Source of the DNA: Novakomyces olei
Lineage: Eukaryota
DNA: 64,000 nucleotides
Assembly: GCA_016906335.1 (NCBI GenBank)
Contig: JADEYG010000015.1
Span: forward strand, 186,001 to 250,000
Reading direction: 5' to 3'
In this document: positions 23,382 through 34,378 of the stretch, piece after piece
Layout of the letters: every line of letters begins with the position of its first letter
Position numbering within the stretch: the first letter of the stretch is position 1
The notes under the pieces: model-generated
What the model was told of the DNA's origin: nothing
Database searches by the model: none
What the model saw: only the letters and a program-made list of their open reading frames with translations
Position numbers and translations under genes: made by a program

Positions 23382-23999
23382 TCACCGCTGCAGTAAAGAT
23401 TTGAGCCATTTGTTCTCCATTTCCAGTTCCTTGATACGTCCCTCCAAATTAGCAGCCCGTTCAGCCATTTCCTTCACACTCCGCTCGAGCTCTTGCTCAC
23501 GCAGCTTCTTTTTAATACGGAACCGTGCAGAGGCCAGAGTATTACGTCGCCGCTTATCCTCCTCTGGCGAAATGCCACTGTCTCCCGGAGTCAAGGGCGT
23601 AGCAGCAGCAGCTGGCTCTTCCGCCTTGCGCTTATTGCTTCCAGTCCTGGGCTGCTGCATTGCAATTGTCTTGAACGTGGCCACTGGCGTATTGCTTTGA
23701 GAAAATGCAGAAGACTGCTGAGCCGGAGTTGAAGCTGGAGCAGGCGGCATAAAAGCCAAAAAGGCATTGTCGTCAGAATTAGATGGGGGAGCGGCCCCAG
23801 TAGCATTCGCAGCTGTAGTCGAAGCCTTGAGCGGCTTTTCCGGTTCACTGAACTGAGAAAGGCCTTCGTCAGCATCAAAATTGAGAAAGTTTGAGTTTGT
23901 AAACATCCGAAGCTGCTCCGCCAGTTCAGCCGCGTCCATCTCGGGTTCACCCGCCTGTGGGTTGAAAAGCGCTGCGTCCAGCGTCCACTGGTTCGCCAT
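23382..23999 (-). CDS. zip1: bZIP sulfur-regulatory transcription factor (Zip1/MetR/Cys-3 family)
   Basis: EEDKRRRNTLASARFRIKKKLREQELE...LEMENKWLKSLL basic zipper; N-terminal LRMFTNSNFLNFD motif; first in-frame ATG at 23999. Confidence 0.88.
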   Translation of the reverse strand: MANQWTLDAALFNPQAGEPEMDAAELAEQLRMFTNSNFLNFDADEGLSQFSEPEKPLKASTTAANATGAAPPSNSDDNAFLAFMPPAPASTPAQQSSAFSQSNTPVATFKTIAMQQPRTGSNKRKAEEPAAAATPLTPGDSGISPEEDKRRRNTLASARFRIKKKLREQELERSVKEMAERAANLEGRIKELEMENKWLKSLLQR

Positions 24000-24480
24000 T
24001 CCGCGTTTGCCGATGTGCGGAGAGTTTATGTCTATTTGCCGCTGATTTTTGTCGTTGTTTTTGAACAGAAACTGGGAGATTAGAAGGCCGACTGATTTCG
24101 ACGAGGCTTCGAGGGATCTGTCCTTAAATTCCCAAGCGTAATGCGCCAATAGAGAATGCAAAATTTTATGAGGTCAGGGTGTTTTGGCTCTGCTAATATA
24201 TGGAATTTGCTCATTATTACTAATTCACTCGGCACGATGCAAAGTAATCGATGGAGAAAGGATCGATTGAGCGTGTTTACATTAACGGATTCCCATGTAA
24301 GTAATGGTATGGGAGGGAAAACCCTTGGTGACGACAACGCACGGTACGCGTATTACTAATGCGGCTGCTTTCCCGCAAATTGACGAGTAGAGCTAAAACA
24401 ACAAAAGCCTGATACATTACTTGCTACCCTCTTTGCTCTACCTGTTGCTCGCCACACTGCTACCGTATAATTAGTGTCTA

Positions 24481-24636
24481 ATTATTGTATTATTTTGTAT
24501 TATTTTGTATTATTTTTGTATTATTTTTGTATTATTTTTGTATTATTTTTGTATTATTTTTGTATTATTTTTGTATTACTTTTGTATTATTTTTGTATTA
24601 CTTTTGTATTACTTTTAAACTATTTTTGTATTATTA
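24481..24636. repeat. Degenerate (TTTTTGTATTA)n 11-bp minisatellite in the divergent zip1-fim1 region
   Basis: Directly visible tandem units. Confidence 0.85.
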
Positions 24637-25106
24637 TTTGTGATACCCACTCGGCAGTTTTATTATGAAACATTACCAGCCATAGAACATAAACTGCTGG
24701 AAATATACGTCAAATTTTAATGGTATTATTCTGCGTTTACCGGGGATCGGCTAGTCAATTGCAACACCTGCGTTCTCCGCCCGAGTTTTTAGCATAAATG
24801 TCATTTGTTGAAACGATTGCTGTTTGTGAATTGCTTGTTTATCCCATAATATTCTCCTTGGATCGATTTCTTCCTTTACTTGTGGTAGTAGTGAAAGCGC
24901 GTTCCATTCCAATAAACACATTTATTTGCCCTATATTATTATCCTGTTTTCTTAATAGCTTAGGGTTATTCAGGGTTAATACGTCACGGGACTTTCCATA
25001 GACTACCTCGTTGCGGGACTAGAGCCAGCGGCGGCTCTGGGGAAAAGAAAGTTTGACGAATCAATTGAGTGTAGTAACTGCACTACTTTTGAAAGAGCGT
25101 TTCGCC

Positions 25107-25707
25107 ATGCAGGCGCTAAAGATCAGCAAGAAGTATCCTCAGCTGCCTCAGCAGGAAGTGTTTTCCCTCTTGGAACAGTTTCAAAAGCTCGATGTCGATG
25201 GTAAGGGATACATTGATCAAGCAACGACGATCAAGGCTGGCGAAGAGCTTGAGCATGTTCCGTACGACGCTTCACGGGCCGCTTTAAAGCGTGTTGAGCT
25301 CGATTCCTCAGGCCGCGTGGAGCAGGAGGATTTCGTAGATGTAAGCACAGATCTATTTGACTTTGCAATGGCTAACGCTTACAGTTTTTCTCTAAACTAC
25401 GTGAGGGCACAACACGAGCCGAAGCTGGCGAGGCAATTAAAGGCAAAATTACAATTCAAGGCAGTTCTGCGAGCGTGTCTCATACAATCAACGAGGAGGA
25501 GCGCCGCGAGTTTATTAAGCATGTCAACGCATCGCTTTTGGGCGATAAGGATCTTGGGAATCGTGTCCCCTTTGACACTGAATCTTTTCAGTTTTTTGAC
25601 GAGTGTACGGACGGACTTGTGCTGTCCAAGCTGATCAATGACTCTGTCCCTGATGTATGCATTTGAATTGTTTATTTATTTGTTTATTTGTTTATTTGTT
25701 TATTTGT

Positions 25708-25750
<43 letters not shown>

Positions 25751-27153
25751 TTTGTTAATTCACTCGTCTGCTTCCTTTCTTCTTTTTCTAATCGCAGACA
25801 ATCGACGAGCGAGTGTTGAACAAGCCCAAGGGCAAGAAAGCACTTTCGCCCTTCCAGATCACAGAGAACAACAATATCGTCATTAATTCCGCCAAATCTA
25901 TCGGTCTCAGTGTCGTCAATATCGGAGCCCAAGACCTGGCAGAGGGCAATGAGATCCTTATCCTGGGTCTGCTTTGGCAGATCATTAGGCGAGGCCTTCT
26001 TTCCAAAATTGATATTAAACTGCATCCTGAGCTTTACCGGCTGCTTGAAGAAGACGAGACTCTAGACCAGTTTCTCCGTCTCCCTCCAGAGCAGATCCTT
26101 CTTCGTTGGTTCAACTATCATCTCAAGGCAGCCAATTGGCATAGACGTGTGGCCAATTTTTCAAAGGACGTTGCCGACGGGGAGAATTATACAATCCTGC
26201 TCAACCAGCTGGAGCCCCAGCTCTGCTCTCGAGCGCCCCTGCAGACTCATGATCTCCTGCAGAGGGCGGAGCAAGTACTGACGAACGCGGAAAAGCTGGA
26301 CTGTCGCAAGTACTTGACGCCTACAGCAATGGTAGCAGGAAACCCTAAACTCAATTTGGCCTTTGTTGCCCATTTGTTCAATACTCACCCCGGTCTGGAC
26401 CCGTTGGAGGAGGAGGAGAAGCCAGAGATTGACATCTTTGACGCGGAGGGTGAAAGAGAGGCCCGTGTCTTCACTCTGTGGCTAAACTCTTTGGATGTTG
26501 AGCCGGCAGTGACGAATTTCTTTGAGGATTTGAAGGATGGCTGTGTGATTTTGCAGGCTTTTGACAAGATCGACCCGGGAAGTGTCTCGTGGCGCAGTGT
26601 TAATAAGCCGCCCGCTGATGGAAGCGAAATGATGAAGTTTAAAGCGATTGCAAACACAAACTACGCTGTTGACCTCGGCCTCAAGTCAGGATTTTCTCTG
26701 GTGGGTATTCAAGGCGCGGATATTACGGACGGGAACCGTTTGCTTTCCCTCGCTCTCGTCTGGCAAATGATGCGCAGGCATATTACAGTCACACTTAAAT
26801 CACTCGGCCAGGAAGGCAAAGAGCCCTCAGACCAGGATATGGTCAGATGGGCAAACGATACAGTCGCCCGCGGAGGGAAAAAGTCTCATATTCGAAGCTT
26901 CAAGGACGGCAATTTGCGGACGGGCGTCTTTGTGCTCGACGTGCTCCACGGCCTCAAGCCGGAATACGTCGATTACACCCTTGTTTCGCCTGGATCGACA
27001 GAGGACGATGCTACTGCTAATGCCCGTCTGGCTATTTCTATTGCTCGTAAACTGGGCGCTGTCATTTTCATTCTTCCCGACGATATTGTGCAGCTGAGAT
27101 CGCGGCTTATTCTTACTTTTTTCGGGTCTTTAATGGCTCTGCACCTTTACTGA
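25107..27153 (+). CDS. fim1: Fimbrin (actin-bundling protein); exons 25107-25340, 25385-25654, 25798-27153
   Basis: EF-hand-like N-terminus, HTINEEERREF, LSKLINDSVPDTIDERVLN, CH domains (LPPEQILLRWFNYHL, GEREARVFTLWLNSL). Confidence 0.97.
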
Positions 27154-28309
27154 TAAATGGAAATTATCAGTTGTTTTTCTGTTTGATTACTTTGATTATC
27201 CCTTTATTTTTTTTTTTTTTAAATTAATTTTTAAATATTTTAATTACTCCGAATTTACCAATTTGTTTTCTAGTGTGACTTGTTGATTTATTCCTAGCTT
27301 GAATAATTGTTAAAAGAAATCGATGCCCAACGCCAAAGTTGAATCAGTTTAAATCCATATTGAGTAGATATTGTACTATTCGAGCCGAATTTTTAATTTA
27401 TCTCCTTTTTTGTCTTATTGTTTAATACTTTAGTTTTCTCACAAACTTCTTCCGATGCTATCGACTCTTTATTTCAAGCTAAAATGCGTGTGCAAGTGTC
27501 TGGAAGCGCTCCTGGCTAGGCCAGCATCTTTTACTGGTCTTTTACGCATGTGTACGACTGCGGGAGGTGAGGACTTTAGTTAATTAATAACAATAATTTA
27601 TTTATAACTTAATATAACAATGATAAGTGCAATATAGAAATCATTAGCTTCTCAGTTAAGATTTAGACTATTAAGTGTATTTACGCTAATGGAATTAAAT
27701 ATAAATGCTTATATCCATTACATGTACCATCTAATTAAATGGGCTGAATGGGCAAATGCGTTTCAAAGTCATTTTGATCGAGGTCTTAATGAAAGTTATT
27801 ACGTCTGTTGTACTCACTGAAAAACGGTGTAAATAAAACAGGATAGTTAACATTGGTTTCGTTATTTAGATTTTATCACAATTAAATTAATCTTTGTTTC
27901 ATAACTTTTATGTTTCGTTCCATGCAAAGAGCTCCAAATGCCGCTCCAAATACCTTTAGATACTTTATATAGCTTTAAACTCGGGACTAAATAAAAACAA
28001 TGCCCTAGCTAAGTCTGTACTATGATAATTTGAAAATAATAATGATACAGAATAAGCTCTCCCTCTATTTCCGGATTTAAAGGGAGGTATAATTAATTCA
28101 ATTTGATCTTTATAGATATAGTTAATACAAATAATGTCTTGATCAATTCATTATTCACGTAAAGCTTGGGTGAGGATAGTTAAGTAGTTCAAAAGATCCC
28201 ACAATTTCGTTTAAAATTTCCAAATAATTCTGGCCTTGGTTTCAATCTTTGGTTCTATATTAAAACTTGTTCTCATACATAACCTGCTTTTCCCGTAGTC
28301 TAGTCGAGT

Positions 28310-30595
28310 CTAGTCTAGTCTCCGAAAACGTCCATTTTGTTTTCTTTCCAGCCTGTACACTCGCAGGTAAACACCGTTTAATGGCTTTTGGGTAATATAG
28401 TTTGTTCTTTTCACTTCACGACCCGGATCCGCTAATTCCCAATCAAAAAACATCACCAGCAATCCCAGAATTATGCGCCATTCAAGCTCGGCGAATCCTC
28501 GGCCGATACACGCATGAGGGCCCCATATAAACGTACTCAGCGCGGCCAATTCGCATGTAGGCCCACAATTACCGCGATAGGACTCCCATCGTTCTGGATT
28601 AAATTCAGCTGCATCTGATCCCCATAGTTCCGGCAAAAGATTCAAACACTGCATATTTATATAAACATTCGTGCCCGAAGGCAATGTACAGCCTGAAGGC
28701 AGAACAATGTCTTTTTTCGGCATCCTTAAGGTTCCGGGAACAGGCGGCTCGAGTCTGGCCGTTTCCCAAATAACACGAGAAAGAAAATAGCACTTGTCCA
28801 AGTCGCGAATAAACATTTCAGTATCCAGATCAGAATCAAAAACACTATGGGTGCCAGCACACTGGAAAATTTCCTCTCGAAGCCTTCCCAAATGCCGAGG
28901 ATTCCGTGCGAGATGGTAAACCGACCAGGAAAGGCCGTTCGATGTAGTCTCGTGGCCAGCGACAAGAAAACTCAGCAATTGCTCACAGATTTGCTTATCA
29001 TCAAGACCGGCATTCGTTCTTGTCAGAAGGTTTAAAAGGTTGTTGCCGTTATTCTTGATTTTATTCTGATTATTGGGGTTTTTGTTATTCATTTTCTTAT
29101 CATCTTTTGCCTGCCGAATCAAATCCATCACTTTCTGCTCAATTACGTGTCGAGACCGCCACCTTGTAAGTCTGAAATCCAGGGGCAAAAGAGAAAGTAC
29201 TGGCGATATGAACGATGCCACATCCCACGCTCTAGAATAAAAAGAAAATTCATATAAGCCCTTGTAAGCAACTACCAACTCGTTCTTTTCGTTATGAAGA
29301 CTGTCAAATTGGCAGCCAAATCCAGCTTCTCCTATAACGTCAAAAGCCGCACGATTCAACCAGCTTGTCGCTTCCACTACGTGTTTTTCTTTGGCTAATC
29401 CTTGCCAGCATTTAACGAGAACTTTGGCCTTGCTCAGGAATACTGGCGCCATGTTTCCAAGACTGGCTGAAGAAAAGGCAGTAGCTACCGCCTTCCGCAG
29501 CTTTTTATGATATTGGCCTTCTGCCACAACAAGGCCATCACCGACGAGAAACGAGAGGGGTACACGAATGATCTTTCTTATTAGAAATGAAACAAAACGA
29601 AAAGCGATTGTATAATGAATAATAAATTCGTAAAAAAAAAAAGATAAATAGAAACATTACTAAATGTTTAGAAACTTTCTAAATCAACAGCTAATTCGTA
29701 TGAATAAGGCAACATAATATAATATATATATTAATTTAAATAAAATTCACACAATCGAAACAACCAAAATTAAATAAAATCAATAGCACGATCAGCTGGT
29801 ACTATTATAGAGTTCAAATATGAATTCGGTCATAATCGTGTAGACCAACGGAGATGAAATTAAACCAATCGTAAAATCATCTTACATCAGGCTTAACAAA
29901 ATCGTACGCATGTTTCACTAGAATAAATCTAGCATCGTTTTTGTCGGCCACCATGACGCGACGCTCACCAAGGGCAAAAAAATAGTTTATCGTACGGCCG
30001 TATTTGTGCACGTAATTGAGCCAGGTGTCGCGGTGCTATAAAGTCAATTTACATTACGATTATAGCTGGATTAAATAAGGAATATGTCAAAACAAAAAAG
30101 GCAAATGAATATTGGGCGAATTAAAACGAAAAATAGAATAAAGCAAATAAAACAAACGGGTTGGCTTACTTCATTAACCCGGAGAACCAAATCCAGATTC
30201 CCAAGCAAAAAAGAGGAAGGAGGTACAGTTGGCGAACTCCACCAAAGAGGTGCTCCATAGTATCGCCAAAATAAAGCCGTCAGATTGATGAGTAAAGTAA
30301 ACCCAATCAGCGTAATGAAAACGGGCGTTTGCAACAAAACAACGAGAATTACTGCTGCAGCTATTGATGGTATCAAAAGAGGCAGAGCCAAACATGTTAG
30401 GAAAAGGCAAAAACTTGCCTTGAAGTGCAAGAACAAAAATGAGAAAACAAAAAGTCCGGCTGCACGATAAGCTGATTGTTTAATTGCCGTCGTTTCCAAG
30501 GCGTAAAAAACATGTCGCGAAGCCTCCATATACCATTCTCTCCAAGATTCTGAATTGAATTTTCTAGTCACAACCGCTGTGTAAAGTATATCCAT
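28310..30595 (-). CDS. Cytochrome P450 monooxygenase; exons 30595-30170, 30035-29886, 29572-28310
   Basis: AGHETT I-helix, ETAR (ExxR), FNPERW and FIWGPHACIG heme motif; PPSSFLLGNL, KYGR and GDGLVVAEG restored by splicing. Confidence 0.92.
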
Positions 30596-31366
30596 CTCGA
30601 GAAAATGGCTTCAAGGATTTCTGCTAGTTACACACAATATAGAAAGATATCCGGGCAATTTATACCTTTTGAACTGGGTTCTTGGAGGGAAATGGTAAAG
30701 GTTTTCAAGCTCTAGCAATATAGTATAAGCATTTAAGCCCTTATTTTTCCCACAAATACGCTTGACGTGGCCAATCCGAGTACCGATTTGGCCGGCCACG
30801 AATGTGCGTTGACACGTACGCAATGTATAATTTAAAGTTCAAAGTTTCATGATCAGGCTTTGCATTGATGAAAACTGACATGAAGATATGAGAATCGATC
30901 AATTAAGTTTTTCCCTTAAGCTTCTTCGTGCGCGAATATTTGCTGCAGCATAAGCTTGTCTTGATCTCCGATACTCTGCCGCAAGTCTTAATATACGGTG
31001 CCGGAACTTGTCGCTTTTTGCTTTCGATCAACAAGGAGAAAAGATAGGCACTCGAAAAGAAACAAAAAGCGCTCGGCAGCACACAGTTTAAATCGCTTAT
31101 TTTATCCCTTAACGATTGAAAAGATTTGCTATTCTTTCGTCATACAAAGGATCCGCGTCTCGCGTCTCACGTTTAGTGCATTTATTAATTAGTTTATTTA
31201 TTAATTAATTGGTTCATTTATTCATTGGTTCATTGGTTCATTTTGGTATTCCTCAATTTATTCATATTTCTATTTTATTATTATTTTGTGAATTACCCAA
31301 ACGGTAAACCCTTAACTCTATTTTATTTAGTATTAAGCTTCTCCAGAAAAGTCGCCGTCCGTAAGA

Positions 31367-32038
31367 ATGGCCACTCGGGAAATACTTTCACTATATCGGC
31401 ATTTATTGCGTGCTGCTCATGCCGCGTTTCACAGTAAGTTCTGTCAGTTTAGCTCTTTACCTTCAGCTTAGCTCTTATTCGGCTTTTGCCTGGTCTGTCG
31501 TGATTCTATACGATTTTTCCTTTTATTTTTTATTTTTTATTTTTTTTTATTTTCTGTTTTAGACTTTTGTAAAGCCGGCAATCCACCCTTTTCTTCATGC
31601 TTCAGCACGATTATCGTTGATCATCTCGGCTTCAAAGCCAAAACCTTCCGAGGCCAAACGTGCTTTTTCTCACATAGCACTTCCTTATTGATTCTCATAC
31701 CTTTGCATTGCCATCAGCACGTGATTCTGTTGGTCTTATATTTGCTTCCTGTACTCACGCGCGTAGGCGATAAGGCCGCTGTCGAAGCAGCAAATCGAGA
31801 GCTAAAATCCCAATTTTCACAGCCTTTAGCAAAAGGCACGATTGCTGAACGTGTAGAGCATGGACGGGGTGTGCTTCACGTGCTGAGGCACAATCTCGTA
31901 CAGGGCCGTTTAACGAACAAGGGCACATATAGTCTACGGTTCCACGAGGGTATTGAAATGGGTGATAATACTACCGTAAAAATGGGGAAAAACAAGACGG
32001 CTGAGCTATTACGCGAGACCCGCAAATGCAAATCATAA
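31367..32038 (+). CDS. mzm1: LYR-motif mitochondrial complex III assembly chaperone Mzm1 (LYRM7); exons 31367-31433, 31767-32038
   Basis: Spliced MATREILSLYRHLLRAAHAAFHSD...LRHNLVQG...YSLRFHEGIEMGDN; exon 1 is missed by the ORF track. Confidence 0.85.
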
Positions 32039-32629
32039 TAAATGAATATATTAACGTCGTCACATTGGGAATTGCTTTTGTCTGCTAAATCTACACGCTC
32101 GGTCGTCTTGTTTCAAAATTTATTGTACCAAATTTTAGTACATTCCCGGATCTGAGAATGCCCTTATTACTGGGCCTCTTTTCTTCTTGTTCCAGCTTTG
32201 TTTTTGCGTCTATTCTAAACCTTAAACTACGTACAGCAATATTAAGATTTGGTTAAAACTTGAAGGGAATAATTATGTCATTAATGTATACTCTGTGTAT
32301 TTACATGGCGTGCGTCTCTTTTTATCATTTTACAAGCAGAATCATCGAGTAGAAGGTTCAGCAACAGATAACAGGCATGAAGGCGTGCTTGTAAAGCGCC
32401 AGGCCGTAGGACAAACGTGTTTCCATCCGGTTTTTGAACAAAACTGTAACTATATTGCTACAGAAAAATGCATGTTTCCATAAACCCAACGAATCTTGTT
32501 ATCTGCAGACTCGAAACCCCTTTGATTTTGAACAAATACGTCCGCAACAAGAGCCGTAGTAAGATTATTTTGTCCTGATAAGCCAGAGCACAATGAAATC
32601 AAAAACAAAAAGATCAACCAACCAGCCAA

Positions 32630-33905
32630 CTAGTTCTTGTCGGCAGACAATTGTGATCTATATTTACGTGGCCCACCAGCACCCACGGGTAGAGGCACAC
32701 TATCTGCCCCAGTAGACGAATATTTCCCATGGCCAGCAGGCATACTACGAGCTCCACCATCCTCATCGTCTCCAGCATCTTGAGCTCTGCTCTTTTTCGG
32801 TCGTTTCAAAGCAGAATGTGAGGCTCTAGCCAGCATGGCCACTTTAGCATTGGCAGCCTCGCTTGTTCCACCCAGCTGTCGAGGCTTCCCCCATTGAACT
32901 TTGAGAGGGCAGCCTTTTACCACGCATTCAGCAAGCGGACACGCCTGGGCAGCTGCCTCGGCGCTCTCTCGTTTCTGAAAATTCACAAAGGCACATCGCG
33001 CCCTGTGTGAACAAATCACAGATTTAATAGGTCCAAATTTGCCGAAATGTTCCTTGATTGCCCACTCTGGCAGATCATCTTCGACACCCAGCAAAAACAG
33101 GGAGCAAATACTCCGATCAGCGGGTGGAGTTAGATCGCTATTTACGACTACGCGTTTACGTTTGTGAGCAGAAGATGATGAGGCAGTTGAAGATCTGACC
33201 AGGTCCAAGATAGGTTTGACCCCGGAATCATCCTCGTCCTCGTCGGCCTGGACAGATCTTAGAATCTCTCTGGCTTCTCCGTCTGTAAACTCATCGTCCA
33301 CCCCTCGTCTATAGTACGTTTCACTTTTAGCCAGTTTCTTCAAAAGCTGTCTCGCTGCTGACTCGGCTTTGCCCGCATCATAGGGCGTCTCTGCCCCCTT
33401 ATAGTTTTCCCCTTCATTACGTGATTGATACTCACGGTTGAGCTCTGTCGTCGCGCCTCTCACCATATTCAACGCAGCATCACGGATAGGTAAGGGCAGC
33501 CCAAACTGAAGATCGAGCATACAGCTTTGACAGCAGTTTTTAAGGCGAGCACATGACTGACAGATCTCTGTACGTTTGGCCTTTACGCCTTTAGCAGGCT
33601 GCCACCGGTAGACTGTCGAGTTAGTATTGGATTCTTTGGGTTTGGTTTGGTCTTCATTTGCTTAAGCTTTGTTTTAAATACTTTTCTTTTTCTTTCCTTG
33701 TTTTCGTAGAAAATGCTCCTGTACTCACCGGTGAAGGGCCGTGTGCATATTTTACACTCTGCGCCAAACGGCTCTTTTGTCATGCGCACATACGGGTTCG
33801 GGCCAAGGCACGTTTCGCACACGCTCGGAAACTCGGTTTCCTCTGGCTGAATGGGTTAGTGAGAACGTTCAAACGTCAACGACTTGCCTTGTGATTTTGC
33901 ATCAT
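32630..33905 (-). CDS. slt11: Pre-mRNA splicing factor Slt11/Ecm2/Cwf5 (RBM22 family); exons 33905-33888, 33846-33729, 33612-32630
   Basis: [57 protein letters not shown] zinc region and C-terminal RRM ([14 protein letters not shown]); first intron is GC-AG. Confidence 0.9.
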
Positions 33906-34378
33906 TGCTCAGGATTTTCGTGAATCAGGCATCAGCTTGATGTATTTTTATGATCTCTTATTAGGCAGACGGGGCCCGTCCGCATATTGTGGTTTGAGTA
34001 TTTTTAATAATTTATTTTGTCTGCATTTTATATTGTTTGTATTTTATATTGTTTGAATTTTATATTGTTTGTAATTTATATTGTTTGTATATTATAATGC
34101 TTGTAATAATCCTTATAATTGTCCGTATAAATGTCTTTTAACCAATATGGAAAAGACGAACGTATAGGTGCTGAGCTTCATTATAATCATTTGCTCGTCT
34201 TGACTATCCGTTTGTATATTTTTCCCTTTGCCTTTTGGATGAAACGGAACCATAAGCGCCACAAATCCTGACTAATTCTACAAAATTAATGGCGGCAGTC
34301 TTACTGGCTTTGGTGTGTTATTTTACAAGGCTAATTCGTATACTAGTCTCGTATATACAACCCTGAGGCCAACGGGTA

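Noticed and set aside
27154-28309. Gene-free spacer as a transposon or LTR remnant
   Set aside because: No terminal repeats, target-site duplication or transposase/RT fragments recognised
33909-33911. In-frame TGA as selenocysteine or an alternative genetic code
   Set aside because: TGA is a normal stop in many genes here (vgl1, fim1, pct1, srp101), and no SECIS-like evidence was seen
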